From: an uncultured Spirochaetales bacterium
GTDB lineage: Bacteria; Spirochaetota; Spirochaetia; Sphaerochaetales; Sphaerochaetaceae
NCBI GenBank assembly: GCA_934247875.1
Contig: CAKQJZ010000001.1
Coordinates: 352 to 64,351 of the forward strand
Direction: 5' to 3'
DNA: 64,000 nt
Shown: in pieces, positions 48,045 to 58,756 of the stretch
Numbering within the stretch: position 1 is the first letter of the stretch
Layout of the letters: the number at the start of each line of letters is the position of its first letter
Position numbers and translations under genes: made by a program
The notes under the pieces: model-generated
Databases searched by the model: none
Seen by the model: only the letters and a program-made list of their open reading frames with translations
What the model was told of the DNA's origin: nothing

Positions 48045-48094
48045 TTAACAAAGGATTAACATTAAAGCGCTGCATAGTTAACTTCGCATCACTA
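48045..48094 (+). promoter_or_regulatory. Pho-box-like direct repeats upstream of pstS
   Basis: The hexamers are TTAACA (48045), TTAACA (48056), TTAACT (48078) and TCACTA (48089). They form two pairs with 11-bp phasing, 33 bp apart. A possible -10 TATTCT lies at 48093-48098. Confidence 0.5.
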
Positions 48095-48124
48095 TTCTCT
48101 CATGTGTAAGGAGAATAAATAAAA

Positions 48125-48955
48125 ATGAAAAAGATTATTCTAACTCTGATTGTGTTATTAACAGCACTTACTCTTTTCGCAGCTGGTGCTAAGGAAGAAG
48201 CAAAGACTATTTCAGTTATCTCAAGAGAAGATGGTTCAGGCACTAGAGGTGCATTCACAGAGCTTGTTGGTCTTCTTGATAAGAATAAGGTAGACCAGAC
48301 AACAGTAAACGCAGAGATTGCTAACTCAACTTCTGTAGTTATAACAACAGTTGCAGGCAACAAGAACAGCATTGGATATATCTCACTTGGCTCTCTTAAC
48401 GATAGCGTTAAAGCAGTTAAGGTAAATGGTGTAGAGCCAACTCAAGAGAATATCGAGAATGGCTCTTATAAGCTCCAGCGCCCATTCAATATTGCTTATA
48501 AGGCGCTTACACCAGTCGCTGAAGATTTCTTAAGCTTCATCTTCTCAGATCAGGGACAGGCTATTGTAGAGAAGAAAGGTTACATCAAGGTTGCAGCAAA
48601 CGGTGCATACGAGGCAAAGAACATCTCTGGTAAGCTTACAATCTCTGGCTCATCTTCAGTATATCCACTTATGGAGAAGCTTGTTGAAGCTTACAAGGCT
48701 TTGAATCCACAGCTTGACTTATCTCTTCAGCAGTCAGATTCAACAACAGGTGTTAAGGATGTAATCAACGGTGTCAGCGATATCGGAATGGCTTCAAGAG
48801 ACCTTAAGGCTTCAGAGAAAGAAGCAGGCATTTCAAACAGCGTAATTGCAGTAGATGGAATCGCAGTAATCGTAAACAAAGAGAACGCAGCATCAGATCT
48901 GTCACTTGATGAGATCAAGGCAATCTACCTAGGCAATGAGACTAGCTGGAAGTAG
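48125..48955 (+). CDS. pstS: phosphate ABC transporter substrate-binding protein
   Basis: It has a signal peptide and the PstS-family motifs SREDGSGTRGAF and GSSSVYPL. It is the first gene of the pst operon. Confidence 0.92.
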   Translation: MKKIILTLIVLLTALTLFAAGAKEEAKTISVISREDGSGTRGAFTELVGLLDKNKVDQTTVNAEIANSTSVVITTVAGNKNSIGYISLGSLNDSVKAVKVNGVEPTQENIENGSYKLQRPFNIAYKALTPVAEDFLSFIFSDQGQAIVEKKGYIKVAANGAYEAKNISGKLTISGSSSVYPLMEKLVEAYKALNPQLDLSLQQSDSTTGVKDVINGVSDIGMASRDLKASEKEAGISNSVIAVDGIAVIVNKENAASDLSLDEIKAIYLGNETSWK

Positions 48956-48957
48956 TA

Positions 48958-49797
48958 ATGAACAGAGAAAAATTAATGAGAGCAGGCTGCTTTGTTGCAG
49001 CCTCTCTTTCGATAGTTTCAGTTCTATTGATATCGCTCTTTCTTTTAGCTGAAGGCATTCCTGCTATAAGAGAGATCGGATTCAAGAACTTCATATTTGG
49101 TAAGATATGGCGCCCTAGCTCAGAAGAGTATGGCATTTTTACTATGATTGTTGGCTCTGTCTATGTTACTGGTGTTGCAATACTCATCGGGCTCCCAATC
49201 GGGCTCTTATCAGCTATTTACTTAAGCTACTATTGCAATAAGAGAGCATATGTGATCATCAAGCCTATGATGGAGCTTCTAGCTGGAATCCCATCTATTG
49301 TATATGGCCTCTTTGGACTCGTTGTAATAGTTCCGATGATGCAGCGCTTATTCCCAGGCACTAGCGGTAAGAGTGTGCTTACTGCAGGTCTATTGCTTGC
49401 ATTCATGATTCTCCCAACTATCATAACTCTTTCAGAGACATCACTAAGAGCAGTAGATGAGAGCATGTATCATGGTGCGTTGGCACTTGGAGCAACTAAA
49501 GAGATAAGCATATTCACAGTCTCTTTGACAGCTGCTAAGTCAGGCGTTGTATCAGCAATCGTATTAGGACTTGGAAGAGCAATAGGCGAGACAATGGCAG
49601 TTGTAATGATTGCAGGCAATCAGCCAGTCATACCAAAGTCGCTGCTATCTGGCGTCAGAACAATGACAGCTAATATTGTACTTGAAATGGGCTATGCTGC
49701 AGATCTTCATAGAGGTGCGCTTATCGCAACAGGCGTTGTGCTCTTTGTCTTCATCATGATAATCAACTTGTCATTTGCAGCATTGAGGAGAAGGTAG
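48958..49797 (+). CDS. pstC: phosphate ABC transporter permease PstC
   Basis: It is a multi-TM permease with an EAA-like loop (GALALGATKEISIF). The gene order is pstS-C-A-B. Confidence 0.9.
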   Translation: MNREKLMRAGCFVAASLSIVSVLLISLFLLAEGIPAIREIGFKNFIFGKIWRPSSEEYGIFTMIVGSVYVTGVAILIGLPIGLLSAIYLSYYCNKRAYVIIKPMMELLAGIPSIVYGLFGLVVIVPMMQRLFPGTSGKSVLTAGLLLAFMILPTIITLSETSLRAVDESMYHGALALGATKEISIFTVSLTAAKSGVVSAIVLGLGRAIGETMAVVMIAGNQPVIPKSLLSGVRTMTANIVLEMGYAADLHRGALIATGVVLFVFIMIINLSFAALRRR

Positions 49798-49798
49798 A

Positions 49799-50626
49799 AT
49801 GAAAGTACATCATAGATCTTCTGCAATATTGAAAGCACTGGTATATATAGCAGCATACTTTACAGTTGCACTTGTTTCATCAATCATTGGCTATATCCTG
49901 ATTACAGGAATTCCAAAGCTCAAGCCATCGCTGTTTGCATTTAAGTATACAAGTGAGAACTGCTCGATGTTCCCTTCCATTGTAAATACATTCATCATGA
50001 TAGTATTGTCGCTTCTCTTTGCGCTGCCTATTGGAATCTTCTCAGCGCTTTTCCTCACTGAGTATGCTAAGCGTGGAGCAAAGTATGTGAAGCTTGTCAG
50101 AATGATGGCAGAGACTCTCTCTGGCATTCCTTCGATTGTATATGGTCTCTTTGGCTATATATTCTTCAATATAAAGCTTGGCTGGGGATATAGCCTTTTA
50201 TCTGGCGCATTGACGCTTTCAATGATGATTCTTCCACTTATCATGAGAAGCTCTGAAGAGGCTCTCATTGCTACTCCAGATAGCTATAGAGAGGGCTCTT
50301 ATGGCCTTGGAGCTGGAAAGGTAAAGACTATATTCTCAATACTTCTTCCATCTGCTCTACCTGGCATATTTGCAGGCGTTGTGCTTGCTATCGGGCGTAT
50401 AGTAGGTGAGACAGCTGCTTTGATATTCACTTCCGGTACAGTAGCTGGAATTCCTAAGAATATACTTGGTTCAGGCAGAACTCTTGCTATTCATATGTAT
50501 GTGCTGATGAGCGAAGGGCTTCATATGGACGAAGCTAAAGGAGTTGCTGTTGTGCTGCTGCTTCTTGTGCTGCTTCTCAACTTCGCATCAAGAAGATTGC
50601 AAAAAGGATTGAATAAGAATGAATAA
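49799..50626 (+). CDS. pstA: phosphate ABC transporter permease PstA
   Basis: It is a multi-TM permease with an EAA-like loop ([15 protein letters not shown]). Confidence 0.9.
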   Translation: MKVHHRSSAILKALVYIAAYFTVALVSSIIGYILITGIPKLKPSLFAFKYTSENCSMFPSIVNTFIMIVLSLLFALPIGIFSALFLTEYAKRGAKYVKLVRMMAETLSGIPSIVYGLFGYIFFNIKLGWGYSLLSGALTLSMMILPLIMRSSEEALIATPDSYREGSYGLGAGKVKTIFSILLPSALPGIFAGVVLAIGRIVGETAALIFTSGTVAGIPKNILGSGRTLAIHMYVLMSEGLHMDEAKGVAVVLLLLVLLLNFASRRLQKGLNKNE

Positions 50627-51374
50627 TGTATTTGAAATAAAGGATCTTCATCTTTTCTATGGAGAATTTGAAGCGCTTAAAGGAATAAACCTCGATATTG
50701 AAGCTAATAATATCACAGCTTTCATCGGACCTTCAGGATGTGGAAAATCAACGCTTTTAAGATGCCTTAATAGAATGAATGATTTGGTTGAAGGCTGCAG
50801 AGTTGAAGGTAAGGTTCTATTGAACGGTGAAGATATCTACGCTCCTGGGGTTGATATCCCAACGCTCAGAAAACGTGTTGGCATGGTTTTCCAGAAGCCT
50901 AATCCATTTCCACTATCAATATTTGACAATGTTGCTTATGGTCCTCGTGTTCATGGCATAAAAAACAGAGTAAAGCTTGCAGAGATAGTCGAGAAAGCAC
51001 TTGTAGATGCTGCGCTATTTGATGAAGTCAAAGATAGGCTCAATAAGAGTGCGCTGGGTCTTTCTGGCGGGCAGATGCAGCGTCTTTGCATTGCGCGTGC
51101 TTTGGCTGTAGAGCCAGAGGTTCTCTTAATGGATGAGCCAACAAGTGCGCTAGACCCAATATCTACACTTGCTATTGAGAACCTTGCTTTGACACTCAAG
51201 AGCAAATATACGATTGTCATTGTCACTCATAATATGCAGCAGGCAATGAGAATCTCAGATTTCACTTCATTCTTCTTGCTTGGAAAGATCATCGAAAGTG
51301 CTCCTACAGAGACACTATTCTCTAATCCTAAGGAGAAGAAGACAGAAGATTATATTACAGGAAGGTTTGGTTGA
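50619..51374 (+). CDS. pstB: phosphate ABC transporter ATP-binding protein
   Basis: The Walker A motif is GPSGCGKST, the signature is LSGGQ and the Walker B motif is [11 protein letters not shown]. Confidence 0.96.
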   Translation: MNNVFEIKDLHLFYGEFEALKGINLDIEANNITAFIGPSGCGKSTLLRCLNRMNDLVEGCRVEGKVLLNGEDIYAPGVDIPTLRKRVGMVFQKPNPFPLSIFDNVAYGPRVHGIKNRVKLAEIVEKALVDAALFDEVKDRLNKSALGLSGGQMQRLCIARALAVEPEVLLMDEPTSALDPISTLAIENLALTLKSKYTIVIVTHNMQQAMRISDFTSFFLLGKIIESAPTETLFSNPKEKKTEDYITGRFG

Positions 51375-51375
51375 T

Positions 51376-52023
51376 ATGATTAGAGGACAGGAAAGAGAAC
51401 AGAGAATCCTGATTGATTCAATAATTGAAGTTGGTGGAATAGCTGAAGAGGCTTTGACTCTTCTTGAGGATAATCTTGCTGGGAGAGGCGATAATGAGGA
51501 TGATATTGCAAAGTACTCAGATGAGATCAAATCAAGATGCAGAGAGTGCGAGAGAGAAGCGCTGAGAATCATTCTGCTTCATCATCCTGTTGCACGCGAT
51601 CTGAGATTGATCACAGCAGCTATAAGAATTACAAACGATCTTGAGCGCATTGGAGACAATGCAGGAGATATTGGTGAGATTCTTCCATTCTTCAAGAACC
51701 GCTCTTTAGTTCAGTCTGTTGGCCTGCTTGATATGGCAAGAGAGGTCAAATCAATGGTATTGACAGCTGTTGATGCGCTTTTGGAGTCTTCTAGTGAGAA
51801 GTCAGAGAAGGTCATCAAAAGCGATGATGTTGTTGATGGCTTATTCATCAAAGCAAAGAACAAGCTTGTTGAGATAATCAGGGAGAATGTGCCTGATGCA
51901 GATGAGGCTCCAGACCTGCTTATGGTTGCTAAGTACTTTGAACGTATGGGAGACCATGCTGTTTCATTCGCTTCTTATGTTCTATGGAGTGAAAGTGGCA
52001 ATGATAAGTGGTTATCCAAATAA
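51376..52023 (+). CDS. phoU: phosphate signalling complex protein PhoU
   Basis: Two PhoU repeats carry the motifs DLERIGD and FERMGDHA. The start was moved to the ATG at 51376, just after the pstB stop. Confidence 0.9.
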   Translation: MIRGQEREQRILIDSIIEVGGIAEEALTLLEDNLAGRGDNEDDIAKYSDEIKSRCRECEREALRIILLHHPVARDLRLITAAIRITNDLERIGDNAGDIGEILPFFKNRSLVQSVGLLDMAREVKSMVLTAVDALLESSSEKSEKVIKSDDVVDGLFIKAKNKLVEIIRENVPDADEAPDLLMVAKYFERMGDHAVSFASYVLWSESGNDKWLSK

Positions 52024-52044
52024 TGTTTATGGTATAGTGAAAAT

Positions 52045-52707
52045 ATGATTTACATAGTTGAAGATGATCCAGGAATCAGAAAGTTATTATCTGTAGCGCT
52101 TGAAGGCAATGGCTATGAGACAAAGTCATTTGAAGATGGTGAGAATGTTGCAGCTGAGGCAAAGAAAGATAAGCCTGAGTTAATGCTTTTGGATATAATG
52201 CTTCCTAAAAAAGATGGACTTGAGATTCTATCTGAAATCAGGGGAGATAGCTCCACTTCATCTATCCCTGTAATCATGGTTACTGCTAAAGACAGCGAAT
52301 ATGATAAGGTCATCGGCTTTGAAAAGGGCGCAGATGACTATATATCAAAGCCGTTTTCAATGCTTGAGCTCTTAAGCCGCGTTAAGGCTGTGCTGCGTCG
52401 CTCCCTTAAAGCTTCAGATTCTTTCGTTTGCGGCGATATAACACTCTCAGAATCTGAGCATGTTGTGAAAGTCAAAGGCGAAGAGGTTGCATTGACGCTC
52501 AAGGAATTTGATCTTCTGAAGCATCTTATGGAAAACAGAGGGTGCGTTCTAAGCCGCGATACGCTTTTATCTACTGTCTGGGGATATGAATACCCTGGAG
52601 AGACTCGTACTGTCGATGTTCATATCAGGCACCTGAGAGAGAAGCTCGGGGAAAGCGGTAATGTAATTGAGACAATCAAAGGCGTAGGTTACAAAATCAA
52701 GGAATGA
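52045..52707 (+). CDS. phoB: OmpR/PhoB-type response regulator
   Basis: The receiver domain has LLDIMLPKKDG. The winged-helix output domain has TRTVDVHIRHLREKL. The gene symbol is assigned by operon context only. Confidence 0.88.
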   Translation: MIYIVEDDPGIRKLLSVALEGNGYETKSFEDGENVAAEAKKDKPELMLLDIMLPKKDGLEILSEIRGDSSTSSIPVIMVTAKDSEYDKVIGFEKGADDYISKPFSMLELLSRVKAVLRRSLKASDSFVCGDITLSESEHVVKVKGEEVALTLKEFDLLKHLMENRGCVLSRDTLLSTVWGYEYPGETRTVDVHIRHLREKLGESGNVIETIKGVGYKIKE

Positions 52708-52708
52708 A

Positions 52709-54355
52709 ATGAAAAAGAAGATTCTATTCTCGATACTTCTTTCTGTCTTTGTAGTTACAATACTCTCGATTTCGATATCGCTTGGAGTGTTTTACAAAGA
52801 GTACCAGAAGCGTCTCTTTAATGATATGGATGTTGAATTGAAGTATCTCTCTTCAGCATTCAAAGAATCAGATTTCACATATAGTGATATCCCAGAAATT
52901 GAAAACAGACGTGTTACAATCATAAAAGATGATGGCACTGTCATATTCGATACGCTCACAAATAGCGAAACAGCAGAGAACCATCTATCACGACCTGAAG
53001 TCAGAGATGCGCTCTCTTATGGCGCAGGTCACTCAATAAGAGAGAGTGGCACTATCGGCTATAAGATGATGTACTCAGCTCTCTTTGTAACGCCAGGCTA
53101 TGTGCTTCGTCTCTCGTCTCCATATGCTTCTTTGTTTTATTTCATAATCTCAGTAATGAGACCAATGGCATTTTTGCTTCTTATAGTTATCAGTGCTGCA
53201 ATATTATTGGCTTTCTCGCTTTCTTCTAAGCTGACTCAGCCAATAAATAATCTTGATCTGGACTCTCCTGAGGATGCAGATGCGTATGAAGAGCTTTCTC
53301 CGCTTCTATTGAAGCTTAAGAAGCAGAAGGCGCAGATAACGCTGCAGATTGAAGAAGCAAACAGAAGAGCTAAAGAGTTCAAAGCCATTATAGATAACAT
53401 GAGAGAGGGCATTGCTATCATCGATAGCCATCAGAATATTCTGGCTTCAAATAATGCGATAGTGAATCTCATAGGCTCCAGAGCTATAAAGGAAGGAGAC
53501 TCTGTTCTAGCTCTTAATCGTTCTTCGCTCTTTTCTGAACTAGTTTCAAAAACACTTAAAGGTGAAGAGTGCAATGCGCTTATAACTGAGAAAGGCAGAA
53601 CTATTGAAGTCTCTTTATCTCCTGTAAGAAACAGCGGGGCTGTTATTCTTGCACTAGATGTAACAGAAAAAGAGGAACGTGAAAGACTCAGACGCGAATT
53701 CACTGCTAATGTATCACATGAGCTCAAGACGCCGCTTACTGTAATCTCTGGGTTTGCTGAGATAATGAAAGATACAGATCTTCCTCCAGAGAGAATCAAA
53801 GATTACTCTGCTGATATCTATAAAGAATCAAGACGCCTTATAAATCTTGTATATGACATAATAAGACTCAGTGAGATTGATGAGATGAAGAGAGGACAGG
53901 ATGAGGATGTAATGCTTTCTTCTATTGTCGCAGATAATGAATCCCTTCTTAAGAGCAAGATGGAAGAGAAGAACATCACGCTTATAAAGGAAATACATGA
54001 TGAGAAGGCTATAAAAGGCTCACATCTGCTTCTCAATGAGCTTGTATATAACTTAATGGAGAATGCTATCAGATATAACAAGGCAAATGGCTGGATCAGG
54101 ATTGGTATTTCTACAGCTGATAAAGCGCTGAAGTTCTCTATTGAAGACAGTGGCATAGGAATACCAGAAGAGGATCAGACAAGAGTCTTTGAGCGCTTCT
54201 ATAGAGTCGACAAAGCCAGAAGCAGGGAAACTGGAGGCACTGGCCTTGGGCTATCTATCGTGCGTCATGCAGCGCTATATCATAATGCAAAGCTTACACT
54301 TAAGAGCAAGCTTGGAAGTGGTACTTTAATTGAACTTTCTTTTCCGCTTTTATAG
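52709..54355 (+). CDS. phoR: sensor histidine kinase (PhoR-like)
   Basis: It has two TM segments, a PAS-like region, the H-box SHELKTPLT, the N-box NLMENAIRYN and the G-box GGTGLGLSIV. The gene symbol is assigned by context. Confidence 0.86.
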   Translation: MKKKILFSILLSVFVVTILSISISLGVFYKEYQKRLFNDMDVELKYLSSAFKESDFTYSDIPEIENRRVTIIKDDGTVIFDTLTNSETAENHLSRPEVRDALSYGAGHSIRESGTIGYKMMYSALFVTPGYVLRLSSPYASLFYFIISVMRPMAFLLLIVISAAILLAFSLSSKLTQPINNLDLDSPEDADAYEELSPLLLKLKKQKAQITLQIEEANRRAKEFKAIIDNMREGIAIIDSHQNILASNNAIVNLIGSRAIKEGDSVLALNRSSLFSELVSKTLKGEECNALITEKGRTIEVSLSPVRNSGAVILALDVTEKEERERLRREFTANVSHELKTPLTVISGFAEIMKDTDLPPERIKDYSADIYKESRRLINLVYDIIRLSEIDEMKRGQDEDVMLSSIVADNESLLKSKMEEKNITLIKEIHDEKAIKGSHLLLNELVYNLMENAIRYNKANGWIRIGISTADKALKFSIEDSGIGIPEEDQTRVFERFYRVDKARSRETGGTGLGLSIVRHAALYHNAKLTLKSKLGSGTLIELSFPLL

Positions 54356-54387
54356 ACGACAGAGTTCATAAGAATTATCATGGACAC

Positions 54388-55389
54388 ATGAGAATTCAAT
54401 ATAAAGAACTGGAAAGCATTTTCAAGGAAAAGCTTATTAAATATGGAGTAGCTGATGAAAAAGCAGCTACTATGGCAAAGATTTTTGCAGATAACACGCT
54501 CGACGGTGTCTACTCTCATGGCATTTTGCGTTTTCCACGCCTGATTGGCAATATAAAAGATGGATACATAGACGTAAAAGCAGAGCCTACGCTTGAGTTT
54601 TCACTACCATCCTTTGAACGCTGGAATGGCCACAATGGACTTGGTGTGACCAATGCAATCAAGATGAGTGAGCGTGCAATGGATCTTGCAGCAAAGACTG
54701 GTGTTGCTGCTGTTGCAATCAAAGATACAAATCATTGGATGCGCGGCGGCACATATGGCTGGATGTGCGCAGATAAAGGCTTTGCATCAATAATGATGAC
54801 AAATACTACTCCTAATATGGCGCCTTGGGGTGGCAAAGACAATAGAGTAGGCAATAATCCATTGGTTATCGCAATTCCAAGAGAAAACGGTGAGCACATC
54901 GTTGTAGATATGGCTATGAGCCAATTCTCATATGGAAAGCTAAGCACATATGCCGACAGAGGGGAGATGCTCCCTATTGATGGTGGCTGGGATAATGAAG
55001 GAAACCTCACAAAAGATCCTATGAAGATTGCAGAAAGCAGAAGAATACTTCCAACTGGATATTGGAAAGGCTCTTCTCTTTCTATTGCAATCGATATGCT
55101 CGCAACCTCCCTTTCCATGGGAAATGATACAAGAGAAGTTGGCAATAAGCCTGTAGAGCTTGGGCTTTCACAGCTCTTCATTGTCATAGACCTAGATAAA
55201 GTCACAGATAAAGCGTGGAAAGAGAATATGATTGACAGTGCGCTTCAATATATTGAGTCAAGTGAGGCTATTGATCCAAAACACTCTGTGCGATACCCAG
55301 GAAAGGGCTCTCTGATGAAGAGAGAAGAGCAGATGCAGAACGGAATCGAAATAACAGAACAATCACTCAAAGCTATAGAGGTGTTATGA
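54388..55389 (+). CDS. Ldh_2 family oxidoreductase (YiaK/DlgD-like 3-dehydro-L-gulonate 2-dehydrogenase)
   Basis: The motifs DGVYSHGILRFPR, GHNGLG and NNPLVIAIP are typical of the malate/L-lactate dehydrogenase type 2 family. Confidence 0.82.
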   Translation: MRIQYKELESIFKEKLIKYGVADEKAATMAKIFADNTLDGVYSHGILRFPRLIGNIKDGYIDVKAEPTLEFSLPSFERWNGHNGLGVTNAIKMSERAMDLAAKTGVAAVAIKDTNHWMRGGTYGWMCADKGFASIMMTNTTPNMAPWGGKDNRVGNNPLVIAIPRENGEHIVVDMAMSQFSYGKLSTYADRGEMLPIDGGWDNEGNLTKDPMKIAESRRILPTGYWKGSSLSIAIDMLATSLSMGNDTREVGNKPVELGLSQLFIVIDLDKVTDKAWKENMIDSALQYIESSEAIDPKHSVRYPGKGSLMKREEQMQNGIEITEQSLKAIEVL

Positions 55390-55511
55390 TGGATATTATC
55401 ACATATTTGCTTATTGGCGGCTTAGTGCTGCTTTCAGTCTGTTCTATCTTGATGAGAGTCATGGAGAATAAGAAGAAGGAAAAGAAAGAAGGAGAGAAAA
55501 AAGAAGAATAG
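55389..55511 (+). CDS. possible 40-aa small membrane protein
   Basis: This ORF is not in the ORF track because it is under 60 aa. Its ATG overlaps the upstream stop (TGATG). The product MDIITYLLIGGLVLLSVCSILMRVMENKKKEKKEGEKKEE has one TM helix and a Lys/Glu tail. Confidence 0.3.
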   Translation: MDIITYLLIGGLVLLSVCSILMRVMENKKKEKKEGEKKEE

Positions 55512-55559
55512 CTTTGCTTCTCTCTTTATTCTGATTATCTTTTGTAAATCGGAGGGTTT

Positions 55560-57401
55560 ATGGAAAAGAAAGAGAATAACAACAAGACGCCGATTATTAC
55601 TTTTTATATCATAGCGCTAGTTGTATTGATGCTTATAAATTCAGTTCTGACTCCTTGGTTTGCATCGCGTCAGGTGCGTCAGGTAGATTATGGCACATTC
55701 ATAACCATGACTGAAAATGGTGAAGTTGGCTCTGTTGAAATCAGAGATACAGAGAATTGCATCCTTTTTACAAATAAAGATAAAACACAAATCTATAAAG
55801 TAGGTATGGTATCAGATCCGGATCTGACAAATAGACTTTATAAAGCTGATGTCAATTTCTATGGAGAGATTGTTGAGCAGCAAAGCCCAATAGTAGCATT
55901 CCTGCTTTCCTGGATTCTGCCTGTGCTTATCTTTATTCTTCTAGGCAATTTCCTTTCAAAGAGAATAATGAAGAATGCTGGCGGCAAAAACAGCATGATC
56001 TTCGGAGGTGGCAATAGCGGGGCTAAGGTCTATGTACCAAGCGAGGAAGGAAAGATCAAGTTCTCAGATGTCGCTGGTGAAGATGAGGCTAAAGAGAGCT
56101 TATCTGAGATAGTCAATTTCCTTCATAATCCAACTAAATACAAGGAGATTGGAGCAAAGATGCCTAAAGGCATTCTGCTTGTAGGACCTCCAGGAACAGG
56201 TAAGACAATGCTTGCAAAAGCAGTTGCAGGAGAGGCTAATGTACCATTCTTCTCAATCTCTGGTTCAGAGTTTGTTGAGATGTTTGTTGGAATGGGTGCA
56301 TCGAAGGTAAGAGATCTCTTCTCTCAAGCTAAAGAGAAAGCACCTTGTATCGTGTTCATCGATGAGATTGATGCTATTGGCACAAAGCGTTCAGGTGGGC
56401 AGTTCAGCGGAAACGATGAGAGAGAGCAGACTCTCAATCAGCTTCTAACTGAGATGGATGGCTTTGAAGGTAATACTGGAGTTATTATTCTTGCAGCTAC
56501 TAACAGGCCAGAGTCTCTAGATCCTGCGCTTACTCGTCCAGGTCGTTTTGACCGCAGAGTCCCTGTTGAGCTTCCTGATCTTCTTGGACGTGAGGCTATT
56601 CTCCGCGTTCATGCTGCTAAGATCAAGACAGATGGCAATATCGATTACTCTAAGATTGCTAGAATGGCATCTGGTGCATCTGGCGCAGAGCTTGCAAACA
56701 TTGTAAATGAAGCAGCGCTCAGAGCTGTTAGAGATGGCAGAATGCTTGTTTCTGAAGCCGATATGGAGGAATCCATTGAAGTTGTAATCGCAGGTTATCA
56801 GAAGAAGAATGCAATCATGTCAGATAGTGAGAAGAAAATCGTCTCTTACCATGAAGTCGGGCATGCTATGGTTGCTGCGCTTCAGACTCATTCAGCTCCT
56901 GTACAGAAGATTACAATAGTTCCAAGAACATCTGGTGCACTTGGATACACAATGCAGGTAGAAGAGGGTAACCACTACTTATACACAAAGACAGAGCTTG
57001 AGAATAAGATTGCAACAATCACAGGCGGAAGAGCTGCTGAAGAGCTTGTATTCGGCTCAATAACTACAGGTGCTTCAAACGATATTGAGCAGGCTACTAA
57101 GATTGCACGTGCTATGATTACTCAGTATGGCATGACAGATGAGTTTGGATTTGTTGAGCTTGAGAGAGTAAACAATCAGTACTTAGGCGGAGATAGTGAG
57201 TCAACATGCTCTCCAGAGACCAGAGCGCTTATTGACAAGAAAGTCAAAGAGATTATCGATGCTCAATACAAGAAAGCGCTTCAGCTTTTAAAAGACAATC
57301 GTGATAAGCTTGATGAAGCTAGCGAATATCTATATACAAAAGAGACAATCACTGGCGACGAGTTCATGGCTATCATGAATAAGAAGAAGCTTCTTGGTTA
57401 A
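55560..57401 (+). CDS. ftsH: ATP-dependent zinc metalloprotease FtsH
   Basis: It has two N-terminal TM helices, the Walker A motif GPPGTGKT, an SRH region and the zinc motif HEVGHA. Confidence 0.97.
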   Translation: MEKKENNNKTPIITFYIIALVVLMLINSVLTPWFASRQVRQVDYGTFITMTENGEVGSVEIRDTENCILFTNKDKTQIYKVGMVSDPDLTNRLYKADVNFYGEIVEQQSPIVAFLLSWILPVLIFILLGNFLSKRIMKNAGGKNSMIFGGGNSGAKVYVPSEEGKIKFSDVAGEDEAKESLSEIVNFLHNPTKYKEIGAKMPKGILLVGPPGTGKTMLAKAVAGEANVPFFSISGSEFVEMFVGMGASKVRDLFSQAKEKAPCIVFIDEIDAIGTKRSGGQFSGNDEREQTLNQLLTEMDGFEGNTGVIILAATNRPESLDPALTRPGRFDRRVPVELPDLLGREAILRVHAAKIKTDGNIDYSKIARMASGASGAELANIVNEAALRAVRDGRMLVSEADMEESIEVVIAGYQKKNAIMSDSEKKIVSYHEVGHAMVAALQTHSAPVQKITIVPRTSGALGYTMQVEEGNHYLYTKTELENKIATITGGRAAEELVFGSITTGASNDIEQATKIARAMITQYGMTDEFGFVELERVNNQYLGGDSESTCSPETRALIDKKVKEIIDAQYKKALQLLKDNRDKLDEASEYLYTKETITGDEFMAIMNKKKLLG

Positions 57402-57407
57402 AAGAAT

Positions 57408-57432
57408 AGGGTGGCGATGCCACCCTTTCTTT
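57408..57432. terminator. terminator between the convergent ftsH and GH28 genes
   Basis: An 8-bp GC-rich stem pairs AGGGTGGC with GCCACCCT around a 3-nt loop, followed by TTCTTT on the plus strand. Confidence 0.7.
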
Positions 57433-58756
57433 ATACATCCATCATCACTGGATCAACATTGACTTTTACATTCTTCAGTCTGATATCAGCATTCTTTACT
57501 CTGATTCCTCTGTAGTCTGTATCAGGAATCCCTCTATACATCTCTACTTCGAGATTCTCTTCTCTGTTCTCAACTACATCTATCTCTGAATCCTCAATGA
57601 GTACATTCTCAATTGGAGCTTCGGGAAGGCCTGCAATGAAGCCTGCTGATGCTTTTGAGCGTTTAGCTTTGATGCCTCTGATTACGATGTCGTGGATTCT
57701 TGGAGTCATCTTATCTATAGGCTGCTTTTCTAAGCTATATAGATTCTTATCATCAGAACCCCATTTGTAATACATATTGATAGTGATAGGGGAGATGACA
57801 TCCTCAACTAAGATATTCTCAATGAGTATGTCGTGTATATCGCCACCGCGTCCACGTCTTGTCTTGATTCTGATGCCTCTATCTGTGCCTAAGAACTTGC
57901 AATCTCTGACTGTGATATGATGCATGCCTGCAGCTGTCTCACTGCCAATTACAAAGCCGCCATGTGCCTGCTTTACAGTTGAGTTCAGAATAGTTATATT
58001 GCTGCAAGGAATTCCGATATCTACACCGCCTTCGCCGCTTCCGCTCTTAAGCGCGATACCATCATCTCCAACGTCAACGTAGCAGCCGTCTACTGTTACT
58101 TCTCTGCATGACTCAATATCCATACCATCTGTATTAGGTGTTACATAGGGATTGACGATCGTCATATTCCTGAAAGTCAGATTTTCGCTATATACAGGAT
58201 GTAAAGTCCAGAATGGGCTATTTGTCAGCGTAAGACCATCAATTGTCACATCCTTGCTCTTCCAGATCTGCAATAGAGGAGGGCGCAGGAACTGTGTCTG
58301 CCTGCCACCGCCTCCGCCTGGCTGTGACATATAGTCAGGGTTCAGCGCTGCGAATTTCTTTTCAACGTCTGTCTCTGGAGATGGCTGATCAGCTCTTCTG
58401 TCGTAGATGTAATCCCACCATTTCTTGCCGTTTCCATTGAGTATTCCCTTTCCTTTGATCTCAATGTCTTCGCTATTTCTTATAAGAAACAGCGGATGCA
58501 TTGCAAAGCAATCTACGCCTTCCCATCTTGTTTCTACAGGTGGATAGATTAAAAAGTCATCTATGAATGATAGTGTTGCACCATCAGCAAATAGAAGTCT
58601 TGTCTTAGATGGGATGTCGAGAGGCCCTGTCTTATAAGTTCCCTCTGAAATATAGAGAGCATCAACACCAGCTGTTGTGTTCAGCGCTCTTTGAAGTGCG
58701 TCGCTATCGTTATGGCTTCCGTCTCCAATTGCACCAAATGTCTTTATATCTATCAT
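57431..58756 (-). CDS. glycoside hydrolase family 28 (polygalacturonase-type, no signal peptide)
   Basis: The GH28 motifs are PNTDGMDI, VGDDGIALKSG, AHGGFVIGSE and GIRIKT. The parallel beta-helix repeat pattern is present. Confidence 0.9.
   Translation of the reverse strand: MIDIKTFGAIGDGSHNDSDALQRALNTTAGVDALYISEGTYKTGPLDIPSKTRLLFADGATLSFIDDFLIYPPVETRWEGVDCFAMHPLFLIRNSEDIEIKGKGILNGNGKKWWDYIYDRRADQPSPETDVEKKFAALNPDYMSQPGGGGGRQTQFLRPPLLQIWKSKDVTIDGLTLTNSPFWTLHPVYSENLTFRNMTIVNPYVTPNTDGMDIESCREVTVDGCYVDVGDDGIALKSGSGEGGVDIGIPCSNITILNSTVKQAHGGFVIGSETAAGMHHITVRDCKFLGTDRGIRIKTRRGRGGDIHDILIENILVEDVISPITINMYYKWGSDDKNLYSLEKQPIDKMTPRIHDIVIRGIKAKRSKASAGFIAGLPEAPIENVLIEDSEIDVVENREENLEVEMYRGIPDTDYRGIRVKNADIRLKNVKVNVDPVMMDV

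Noticed and set aside
51280-51375. The long N-terminal extension of the phoU ORF overlaps pstB. Similar over-long track starts occur at 62827, 37481, 9441, 16837, 36148, 12163, 20352 and 40538.
   Set aside because: The extensions overlap upstream genes or lack an RBS. Internal ATG or GTG codons with a Shine-Dalgarno sequence or stop-start coupling give products of normal family length.
52012-52020. TTATCCAAA is a DnaA-box-like 9-mer.
   Set aside because: It is a single copy with one mismatch inside the phoU 3' end. There is no cluster, no AT-rich unwinding element and no dnaA/dnaN context.
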